From: Polymyxa betae A26-41
Taxonomy: Eukaryota; Protista; Endomyxa: Phytomyxea
Length of the DNA: 51,668 nt
Direction: 5' to 3'
Assembly: GCA_003693705.1 (NCBI GenBank)
Contig: RBZT01000094.1
Span: 1-51,668, forward strand
The translations under genes and the position numbers were made by a program. How positions within the stretch are numbered: the first letter of the stretch is position 1; each line of letters starts with the position of its first letter. Positions 38,194 through 48,632 of the stretch are shown one piece after another. The notes beneath the pieces are model-generated. The model had not been told where the DNA came from and searched no databases. It saw only the letters and a list, made by a program, of their open reading frames with translations.

Positions 38194-38900
38194 ATGTCTC
38201 TGGAGACTGCTGCTCCCGGATCGACTGTGCTCTTCCTTGTTAGTCTCCAACCAGTTGCTCGGGTTCAGCTTCTGCCTGACGAAGGCAATCTACGTGAGTA
38301 CTGTAAAGTGATTCATGGGGAATCGGTTGATCTTCTCTCTCAACGACGGCGAAATTCCAACATTCCGGCTGTTCAGACTGGATTAAACGAAAAAGTTCTG
38401 GTAAAAGCCTAAGGTTCATTGTAACCCTGGATGATTTTCGATTTGAGATTGCCGGTCGAAACTAGTTCCTGAATTGCTCCTATTGGTTCCATAGCTGCTT
38501 TCGTGCTAGGTAAAAGACAAAAGGTGGATGAGGCTGACCTGTCAGATGTTCGTGACACCTACTGGCATTAAACGTTGTGGAGAAATCATGCGAAAAATGA
38601 ACCACTGACTTTGGAACTTATTGACAAGTTCCAAATGAAGATGAAAGATTTAAGACTCCTGAAAGCTTAACTATTCTTCAATAGCTTCGCGACCAGATAG
38701 TTTTCCAGAAGCTTAAACCTTTTCTAGAATTGTCCGAAACCATCTCATTTTCTTCGGATAGGATGAGTCGAGAGACAATTGAAGCGGACTTTGAGAAACT
38801 ACTGAATGAAAATCAAAAGAAATTGCTTAAGAGACTGTTTCAAGTGTGAAAAAATGTGGGAAACAAATGCGCAAATGAGGAAAATGCGGCAGCAGCTCTT
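38194..38900 (+). pseudogene. CACTA accessory ORF1, copy 3
   Basis: AAPGSTVLF..VARVQLL..IHGESVDL, then YWH..LW..H..TLELIDKF, homologous to 20723-21260. Confidence 0.65.
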
Positions 38901-39001
38901 TTAAAGGGCTGCGTCAGGGTTGCGCCCGCTGGGAACTGCATTCTCTGCAATTTCTCCAATTCTGGGCGTCAAACATGTCGCTTGAATCGGCTCCGAAAAT
39001 A

Positions 39002-41262
39002 CCGTCATCCCCCGAACATAACACCATGGTGTTATGTTGAAGTTTTCCTTCAAAATGCGGTTTTCAAAACTTTGAGATAATGTTCGCACATAACTCCACT
39101 CCCAACACAAGCCCATGGTGTTGTATTAGAACAAAACACCAGTTAATCGTAAGGTTAGCTCGAGACGGAGCATTTCGCATTCCACTGAGTAGTTTGATGG
39201 ACCACTGCGACAGTAATGTTTTGCCAAATAACCCCTACTACAGACTTATTTCGGTAAGAATTTCAGTATTGAAATTCAAACATAATCTATTCGATTAGAT
39301 TTTCAGGCATGACCTTTACTCCGAAACAAGACCCCAAAACAACCGTTAATTGTCTGTATTGCCGACGGACTTATTTCCGCCAGAATTACAGTATTGGAGT
39401 TCTAATAGGAGCTAATCGATTAAATTTTCAGGCATGATCTTTACACCGAAAAAGGACCCCAAAACAACCATGTCAATTGTCTGTGTTGCGCTGTCAACCG
39501 AATACTCAAAGCTGGTTTTTGCTTCGTAATCAAAGACCTTGATGTTCCACCGATCCATAAGAGAAGCGGCATAGAGAGCTTTGAGATCAGCTGGTCCATT
39601 CTCCATCAAATTGTCAAAATAGTCATCATCGGTAATTTCTTCGAGTTCGTCCAACTGTTTCATAAATGTAATCAGCGATTCTTTGTAATCATCGATGCGT
39701 TCTGACGGTTCTGATCGGGATACTTCTTCTTGATCGAGCACTGAAAAAGGCTGCTTGGGTCACCAGACGGAAGAATCCATTCTAATGCTTGATATAAGCC
39801 CTCATAATCGTCACTTTCATCAACCGATAGGTTTTCGTAAGCCGCAATCCAGGCATTTCCTGCTATGATTCACTGAACAGCGCCTTCAATGGGACAAGAA
39901 GTAAATCGTAGTCAAATCTTTCCGCAGTGCGACGAGACCACATAAAGCAAACGATTTCTTGATTACGGTTGGAGACTGCGTTTTTGTCCAATCAACGACC
40001 CACTGTGCAACCATATTATAAGCTGGAACCTTGGGATTGCCGGCTTTCGTCTGCAAGGTGATATCATCAATGGCTTTTGCGTCATACTGAGCACAGTGAT
40101 TCTGCTGGAAACTGCGGTTTACCGCTACATCTAAGGGTTGCAGAATATTGGTAAGATTTAGAGGGACAATCTGATCAAATATGCGATATTTCTCGAGCTC
40201 TTTTGATTGAGCCAACTTAACGTGAGGTCCATAAGAGTTGATTATGAATAGAACTGGTTCACGAAAGAAGGCAGTTTCGCGACGACTTCGAATGGTTTTC
40301 TCGACAAAGGATCTCAATATTTCCTCACCGAGCATTCCGGTCATATTAACATCGCAATGCACTTCCGCAGACAGAGTTGGCTTGTTTTTGAGTCCAGAGA
40401 ACAGAAGATGCGGCTTAAGGAACTGTCCGTCACCAGTTATCGAGAAAGTGACCGTGAACCTCTTGTGAGATGTACCTCCCTTTTCACATTAGAACTTCGC
40501 GTGACCCTTTCTTGGTGATCGTACTCTTGGGCTCCGTTTCAAAATACCGAGGTACCTGATCCATATTGATTACGTTCTGTGGTTTGATGTGCTGCTTTAT
40601 GATTGAGTGAATAGTCTGAGTGAAGGATCAGCAAATCTCATCAGCGTGCTCAGGAAGAGTCCAGGTGGTTGTCTGACGTCTAGAAACATACTTCCATCTT
40701 CGTTTGAACCCGGCGAACCAGCCCGTGGACGCGGCAATGTCGATTTGGATCTCATTTCCAGCTACGTTCATCGCAATAGCATGGAGGTTCCGCGCCTTCG
40801 CTTGAATATATTAATCATTTACTCGTAATCCCTTCTTAATTTCCTCGGCGGCTGCTTGAGTCAGGGTTTTGCAGTTCGGCCTCAAGCTCGGCTTTCTTGT
40901 CAATCCATCCCCGTAGAGATCGCGTGGGACGTCGTACTGCTTTGCTAATGCAGGAAGACCGTAACCCTTTACGTCTTTCCGGTACAGTACTGTCGGATGA
41001 TATCCACCTTCTGTTTGATTGTGTAGCTCTTACGCTTGGTAGGAGCCATGGTCAATAGACGATCGTCGAGCGAAAATCAGAGAGAGGCAAGGACGACACT
41101 CGTAAACTGCGCCACGGAGTGCGGAGACATTCAGGATCGGTACGATAAAAATGTTTATTACTGATATTCGAATAACAACATCATGGTGTTCTAAACGAAT
41201 AGAACACCTTGTCGGCTTCTATTCGGACATAACAACATTGTGATATGTTCGGGAGAAGACGG
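39002..41262 (-). mobile_element. Full-length pogo-type (Tc1/mariner) transposon with a disrupted HTH plus DDE_1 transposase
   Basis: Imperfect ~37-bp TIRs CCGTC..C.CCCGAACATA.CA..ATG.TGTTATGT. TA TSD at 39000-39001 and 41263-41264. ATG at 41049 (MAPTKRKSYTIKQK); NMDQVP; LFIINSYGPH; TNILQPLDVAVNRSF. Confidence 0.93.
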
Positions 41263-41620
41263 TAGCTCCTGCCACTCCTTTTAGCCGTGGGACAAGCATG
41301 CGGGCAAGTGGGCGACCATCTAAGGATGAGAGCGGTGAAAAGCCAATTTGTTAGGTCTGATAGTATGGTCGAGCAGTTGATGGAGCTGCGGTTTAAGCAG
41401 TTTTAACATTTTTTCAAAAATACTAAGCATAGTCATGAGATAATGCAGACATAGAAAAACACAATCTTGATGAAAAAATGAAGCATTATAACTGATCGAA
41501 TCATTCACTGAATCCCATTGTTGTACAGTCAGATCAACATTTATACGGAACGATGCCTTGCTACAGCGGAACTGTTTCTTGCCCATCGTCATTTGCTGAA
41601 TAATTCGCTACCGGAAACTA

Positions 41621-42022
41621 CCGTAAACCCCGTAGAGTTGGCCCCCCGGATAACTGGCCCCCCTACGGAACATTTGGCCACAGACGATAATTCCATTACA
41701 CGATGGTAGCAATCGGAGATGGAGAAATTGTAGGCATTAATGCTAATACAAATGGCCGCTCCTGCGAGTCTCATGACTTTTGTGGCTCTTACATTTGTTC
41801 CGGCGACCTAGTCCACTTCAAGCCGGCGGTTGTCGACTTTGATGTCATGTCAGAATAGAGCTATTTTTATATCGTTACAATCAGAAGGACGCGCCGGTGC
41901 AGAATGCGTAGTTTAAAAAGCCGCCAAAACTTATGGTAAAAAATTTCCCGTAAACCTAGCCCCCTTTATAGAAAACTCACTCTAAATGGAACATGAGGGG
42001 GGCAACTCTACGGGGTTTACGG
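41621..42022 (+). mobile_element. 402-bp pogo/Tc1-type non-autonomous element
   Basis: Perfect 20-bp TIR CCGTAAACCCCGTAGAGTTG / CAACTCTACGGGGTTTACGG, with TA on both sides (41619-41620 and 42023-42024). Internal ORF 41703-41858. Confidence 0.93.
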
Positions 42023-42168
42023 TATGACAATGAATAGAATCTTTACGAGAAATTCGTGCTCGAAAGGCCCAACAGTCAAAATTGGAAGCGACCTCTGTTA
42101 CCCTTTCGGCAGCACGGAACTCAAATGAGCAATCGCATTCATTACAGCATTTAGACTTCCGACAATCC

Positions 42169-42478
42169 TGTCAAGACATCAAGACAAGGCAGGTGTACAC
42201 GTCAAGTGGGCGCACGGTAACTTGGCTCGAGTCGTGCATGGCCACGAACCACAGGACTTCACTTGCTCCGATCCGGAGTTGCTCTAGCACACACAGACCC
42301 AGTCGACTATGGCAGCTCCCCACTGGTGTACGACAGCTCCGCCACGGAGTTACCATATATATGAATCTGCGTTAATCTTATTTTACTATATAACAGCCCA
42401 CCGGGCCATCAATACAATCACATCTTAAACTGACTGCTTATCCAGACATTGATCGCTGTTGCCTCTCTAGTCTCAACA
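42169..42478 (+). mobile_element. Solo LTR, family B, copy 2
   Basis: TGTCAAGA...TCTCAACA termini, flanked by CAATCC on both sides (42163-42168 and 42479-42484). TATATA and AATACA signals inside. Confidence 0.93.
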
Positions 42479-42599
42479 CAATCCCAGCAATAGCTTCGCT
42501 TAATAAAGACACCCCCGGCCGATAGCCAGAAAAATTGCGGCGGAAAATGCTGGACGCGAAATCTGATTGGTGGAATGGAAAATTACTGTGAATTGTCGC

Positions 42600-42880
42600 A
42601 AGCGCATTGATTCTACTTGAACAAGGCTCTAAAGCAGACGTGGGACACGTTGGCGTTGGTTCGTAGTGGTTGTTTCACAATTGCCGTCCCATATGTACAG
42701 TGATATTATTGACAGAGCTTTCCGATAAATTTACAGACACGAAATCCAAAGCAAATGCTGCAAAGAAGAAAAACTTACTACTCAAGGAAGCAGGCAATGT
42801 TGATGCAGACGGCACTGATGCTCCACTCTTACTTTTTTCCCAAGACTGGTTCGGATATTTCCTGAAGTTTCTTCTATGAT
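42600..42880 (+). pseudogene. Possible Myb/SANT-like (Harbinger accessory) fragment
   Basis: LSDKFTDTKSK..EAGN..QDWFGYF resembles the K..LK..Y....TGN...W pattern. Weak match. Confidence 0.3.
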
Positions 42881-43662
42881 GACTTCAGCCACCGAGCAAA
42901 GACCGACTCTGTAAGTTCTGATATCGGAACCACCCAAGGCCAGAAATTAAGGACCGAGGTCCTTAGTCACCTGGGAAAACGATGCAAGCGATCGCGATCT
43001 TCAGATTTCAAGAAAATAGTAAATACGTGATATTGGTGGTACGGTCAAATATCGTAAACGTTAAACGTACAGTATATTCCTCTCAACTTTCGCAAAAAAA
43101 GACGAGAAAAAGTCTGCAAAAAATGCTACTGTAGATCCAATGGATGTGTAGGAAAGATCGTTGATCCATATACATACCAATCCGATGAGATAGACGACAC
43201 CAACGGGTACGATCAGCTTCTGGATGAGCAGTCAACGACAACGTCTGCCGATTCGACTGATTCGACTTCCATTACAAAGATTGACGAGATGTCAACTGCC
43301 AAAGCGCCTAATCATGATCTATACAGGGTCGGTCTCGACAGTATTTCTCAGCAGCCGCAACAAGACTCAGAAGAACATGTTGCGATGGTTCTTGACCTTG
43401 ATGATGAACTCAGCATTGTTCCGACTGATGGGCCGGGGTGGAAATCTTTAGGCAAAAACGCATCGCAATCTCGGATGGTTCGTCGGTAAGCAACGCCTTT
43501 GTTGAAGCGGTTGATAATTAGATTAAGTTCGATCGAGCTATCTCGTAAGCGATAATAATGCTCGTAGAGTGTTCCAAGGGCTGCCATTTATTATGCAGAA
43601 TCAAATGACTGAACTTGATATTGATAGCTTGCGACACCTAGAGAAATTCAAGATCAAGATTA

Positions 43663-44480
43663 CCGTAATTCTTGCCTAAATAGCCCCTATTAATGAACAG
43701 ATAGCGGCATTTTTCTGTATGTAGGGAGTTATTTGTGCAAGAGATAAATCCTTTATTTACATAAATTCGTCTGAAAATGGCTCCAAAAAACGTCGCGGGT
43801 TGCGACGATCCGAACCATGTGCGGATTGCATATCATCATTTTACCATGGGCGCAATATCTGTCGTTTTACAGTCCGAGAGAAATAGCCATTGTCAATTAA
43901 GCATTTCAACGGCCCGGGGCGCTGTATCAAAAAGGAAAGAAGTATGGCGTCGATTGGCGAAATATCAAGAGATGGAAGAAGCTGCTGGACATCAGCGATG
44001 ACATCGACCGACGGGCCAGGATGCGCCGGCCGCTGTCTTCCATTCAAGCCATCGTAGAGGGCCAAGATGTTTAGGATCATCTTCGAGACTTTATTGAGCA
44101 TATACGGCCGCGAGACAGTGCTGTCACTGGATTGATGCTTTTCATGAAGTTCGTCGGTAATGGCTTTTTGCTTCCACGATTATTTCGTTAGCATTATGAA
44201 AATATATTCATTTTATCTATAGATACCAGTCATCTTTTTGTGTCGGCAATGATTGGGCTCTGAGGCAACGAATTTATCGGTTTGTCGAGAGAGAAGGGTA
44301 TGTACAGAGGCGTGCAACCCATGTCTCCCAGAACACCACGAATTGAGCGAATGGCGAATTCTCTGGAGAGCCATTGGGGAGTACTTGCCAGAAACGTTCA
44401 GATATTCGCAGGGATATTGAACCAGCCCTTGAATAATTTGAGATCAGGTGAAAATGAGCAGAACGCAATTGAATAGGCAA
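43663..44480 (+). pseudogene. Tc1/pogo-like transposase remnants
   Basis: TA|CCGTAATTCTTGCC TIR-like start; LRQRIYRFVEREGYVQRRATHVSQ (CENP-B HTH end); NSLESHWGVLARNV (like NPIENLWGIL.R.V). Confidence 0.45.
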
Positions 44481-44694
44481 CGAAACGGTTCTTTATTGCC
44501 ACCAAAAAGCAGTTTAAGTATATGGAGGCCAACTACTCTCATTGTACGATAGAGGACTAGAAGTCCGAAATGGCATCCTCCGCGCTGGCACCCCCACGCA
44601 CACAGGCTGCCATTTTTTCTGCGCGCAGCCCTTTTCGTAGAAAAAGTAGCAGCCGGGATAGCCGCCGCAGTGGGTCTGCTCTAAGGACCGCATT

Positions 44695-45150
44695 TTGACT
44701 TCTGATGATGCTAAAAGTAGATATGAAAGTTACGTCAAGCATTACAGAAAAACAAAGCAACAGAGTGAACAAACGGGATTCGGCCTGACGGCAAAAAATA
44801 CTAATAATGGCTTGAACGCGATTAAATCTAAGCTTGAGTCTCTCTGTCATTTCTACAGCCGTATCGATGTGCTTTTTGGGCATCGTCAAGACGTCACCTC
44901 TGCCGCTACAGTTGAGCACGGAGTGAATTCTGATTTCTTTTTCGCGCCACAGCCGCGCTTTGCATCTGATAGTGAAGACGACGATTCCGATTTCGATACG
45001 GAGTCAGCCAGCTTTGGTGACAATGTGACCGATCTAATTTCACAGGGATTTAGCCAGCCATCGCAGATAGCTGAGCTAAGACAGTCTCAGACGCCATCGC
45101 AAACGGCTCATGCGAACCTAAAAAACGTGGCTCGTGCTTTTGGTGCCTAT
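44695..45150 (+). pseudogene. Myb/SANT-like DNA-binding protein fragment, Harbinger-associated type
   Basis: RYESYVKHYRKTK..QTGFGLT..KLESLCHFYSRIDVLFG.R..V matches the Y.K....TG.GL....CP.F..+D.LFG pattern. Cut off by the Gypsy element. Confidence 0.6.
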
Positions 45151-45351
45151 GTGTCAATTAATACAGTAATTTCCAGAAAAAGACCTTTATTTTTATTATA
45201 TATAAACTACACTAATAATCGGGACGACTCCGCCACGGACCCCGTGGCGGAGCAACCGTCCTGGAACTGGATTGAAGGATCGATTCTGATTTCACCCACA
45301 GATTGTGTGCACAGAGGAGTAGATTGCCACAAAGATATCTTTTAACGGAAG

Positions 45352-46470
45352 ATGACCGTCGTGATGGCTGAAGAGCTGACCGAGCACGACACGGTCGACT
45401 ATGGCGATGAAGAAGTGGTCGAGAACTTGCGAACTATGGATCTCGACAGCGACAATAATGAGGAAGAAGAGACTAAAGACGCTGATGACGACACGGCAGC
45501 GGATTCGGACGCGGCAGGAGCGGGTGATGAAGCGCCCGTTACGGAGGCGGCCGCCAACGCTGAACTAGTTCGGCAGCAGGCCAGCCGCCGCCGTGAAGAC
45601 TCGGGCAGCATCGCGGACCGCAACGTAACAAGTCCAAGGCACGCTGTCCTTGGGCGCGTGGCCTCCGGGGGTGTTAAAGTTCTGGAAACCAACCGGGCAC
45701 TCAAGCTGAAGATCCCGGATCGGAGCCACATAATGAGGTTCCGTCAAGAGCGCGAAAAATATTTACGCGTTTTCCAGGAGGCCGAGTTTGCGGGGGTTGC
45801 CCCTAGCGTCGATGATTGACCCACCGTTGCTGAAATGGATTTGCCAAAATAAGTTGGAGGTGTCTGTTGAAGCTGTAACTGACAATGAAGTTGATGGTTG
45901 GCTACAAACATTTTTGTCCGGCGAAAAAACTCATGATACAACCATGGACAAGAAACTGCGGGGGCTAAAGATGAACATGAAGGTTGACTCCCCACGAGGC
46001 CGGGTCATCGCCATGATGGTTCGGTTCCAGAGCATGGTTGATGGGAATGGATGGGCCGAAGCGTTTGAGGGCGAAGAGGGTCGCAAGGGTCAGGTAAAAT
46101 ACCTCTTGAACGCTATTGAACCTGCAGGCTTGAAGGGAATGATGAAGAAGGTACTTCAACGCCTTCCAAAGCTGCTCTCGTTGCCGAAGGCTTTCGGTAT
46201 AGCATTGGAGAAAAAAGCGGAAAATCATGAAGAGGTTTTAGCCGTGCATACGGCTACGGATACACAGAAAAGCTCGGGGAATAAGCGCCCCCCTGGAAAC
46301 GAAGAAAAACCAACCGCAAACAAGGAGAACAAACCGAACAGCAAGGCCGCTCGTGGTAGTAATTTGAAGTGTTATGGATGTGAAAAAATCGGACACCGTA
46401 ATTATGTGTCCTGATAAACTGTCCAAGGATGAGTTTCATTCCATCCTAAAAAAGACGGATAATAACTTTA
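45352..46470 (+). pseudogene. gag: Gypsy gag with zinc knuckle
   Basis: ORFs 45352-45819 and 45788-46414 joined by a frameshift; LKMNMK..PRGRV; CYGCEKIGH. Confidence 0.8.
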
Positions 46471-48632
46471 GGCGTACGGTAGGTAGACACCCCAATTTAG
46501 TGCGTAGACACCTTGGATGCGATAGCCTTATACTGTATAGATTGTATAGATATATAGACCATGGAACCCCTTGTCGCACAGAAATATTCATCTGCAGACG
46601 AGGCCCTTCAAGCGTGCAGGGAAGCAATGCATTCCTATGGTTATCGCATCAATAAGCTTAGATCCTAGCGGAACATATCCGGTGACGTTTGTCAAGTATG
46701 GATCGTCTGCCGATGTGGCAGAGAATATGAGAATACCCGAACGTTTCAGAATGAATCTACAGACATCAGAAATACTAGCACTAAGCTGACCGGCTGTCCT
46801 TGGTCTGCAGTCTTGCATGCCCCTGGAGACTATTCACAATGGTCGGTTCTGTTGATTTCTGACCTCAACAATCATGAGCCTGAATCGATGAATTCGAACG
46901 ATGTTCTGCCCATTCAGCGATCGTTATCTACAGAGCAACTTTCAATTATTGAAGATCTCAAAAATGCTGGTGCTCAACCTAAAACGATTGTTGCTGTACT
47001 ACGACAAAGATTTCCTAGGATCAATGTTGTTTCGTAAGATGTATAAAACGCGATCAATCGGATCCGAATTGCGGAATTGGATGGAAGATCTCCAATAGAA
47101 GCACTGTGGGCCAGTTATGTAAACAACAGGTCCTTCATGCATACCAGGTGGATGATCAGTGCCGGATAACTCATCTTTCCTTCTCTTTGCCAGAATCCAT
47201 TAAATTAACACGGCAATTCCATGATATTGTACTTCTTGATGCAACGTACAAAACAAATCGGTAATGAACTCATACTGGTGTGTTTGCTGTTGATCGTGTT
47301 AATCCCATTGCAGATTCCGAATTCCTTTATTGCATATTGTTGGCGTAACGCCGGTTAAAAATCGTTTTCGATTGCATTCGTTTTCATGCAAAGCGAAACA
47401 GAAGCAGACTATCTATGGGCCCTGCAGCTGATCCGCTGAATCTACATTGAGGAGCATTTCCAATCCATCTATGTTACAGACAGGGAACTTGCGCTCATGA
47501 ATACCCTCCAGAAAGAATACTCATTTGTTGAACCCAGCAATTTGCTTTGTGTCTGGCATATAGAGAAAAATGTAGTAGCCACGACAAAACGGTTTTTCCA
47601 GACGAACGATTCCTTTCAAAGCTTTGTCAAGCAATGGAAACGTGTGATGTATTCGGTTGATGAACACTCATTTGCTGAAGAAATGGAACGGCTTGAATTC
47701 GATGCACCAATTGATGCGGTCAATTATATCAAAACTAACTGGCTTCCGTTCAAGGAGAAGTTCGTGGTCGCTTGGACAGAAAAATGCATGCACGTCGGCG
47801 ACGCAGCCACCTCTAGAGTTGAAGATATGCATTCATCGTTAAAATCGTGGCTTCGCGTATCTACAGGAGATCTAAAGGCGCTGATCGGCACCTTCAGACT
47901 TGCCGTCCAGCATCAGTGGCAAGAGATTTCGCATAAGCTCGAATATGACCGAACTAATACTTTACGTGAAATGTCATCCGGGAAGTTTCTCAATACGCTC
48001 TATGATTAGCCCACAAAGAATATGAGAAGGCAAAGCATCTGAAAGACGACTGTAAACACTGCACCGATGTATTTTCAGCGACGATGGGTATACCGTGTTC
48101 CCATATACTTAGAGATCGCTTCGAACGAAAATGGTTTTGACAGTGAGCGATTCTAATAAGCACTGGTTGCTCTCGCATATTGACCATCGTGGCGCTGAAG
48201 ATTGTGACGCTCGTTCGTTTTCGCAGTCCTTAGCAGAACTATACCAAACATACCAATCCCTACCTGCACACCGTCAACGCATAATTGAGCAAGGAGTTGA
48301 TGTCCTCTCCACCATTAGAAGAGATTCCTATTTGATTCAAGAACTCGAAAATGCGAATGTCAGAGGTAGACCACAAGGATCTTTTGCACGGCCACCCCCA
48401 GGTTCCTCAACAAGACGGATCCCATCGGGTTTCGAATCAGTAGAGCCGCGCCGAGCCCGAACCTGTACTCGATGCGGGCAGTCAGGCCATAACCGACGAA
48501 GCTGTGATGCAAATATTTCGAATGCTTAGGACTATGCATTGTGAATAAAAGTTGGAATATATATTTGAGGGTGTCTACGCACTAAATTAGGGTGACTGCA
48601 GACCAATTTGGGGTGTCTACCTACCGTACGCC
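46471..48632 (+). mobile_element. Full-length MULE (FAR1-type) transposon with a disrupted transposase
   Basis: TIR GGCGTACGGTAGGTAGACACCCCAA at both ends. TSD TAACTTTA / TAAATTTA. FAR1-like GCPW..HE; LLDATYKTNR|intron 47261-47313|FRIPLLHIVG; VTDRELAL..LLCVWH; TSRVE; MGIPCSH; CTRCGQSGHNRRSC. Confidence 0.95.

Noticed and set aside
43777-44001. HMG-box or KDZ transposase gene
   Set aside because: The resemblance is superficial, and neighbouring motifs fit Tc1/pogo remnants better.
45780-45820. Programmed frameshift in gag
   Set aside because: It falls mid-gag, with no convincing slippery heptamer, in an element with many other frameshifts. Decay is more likely.
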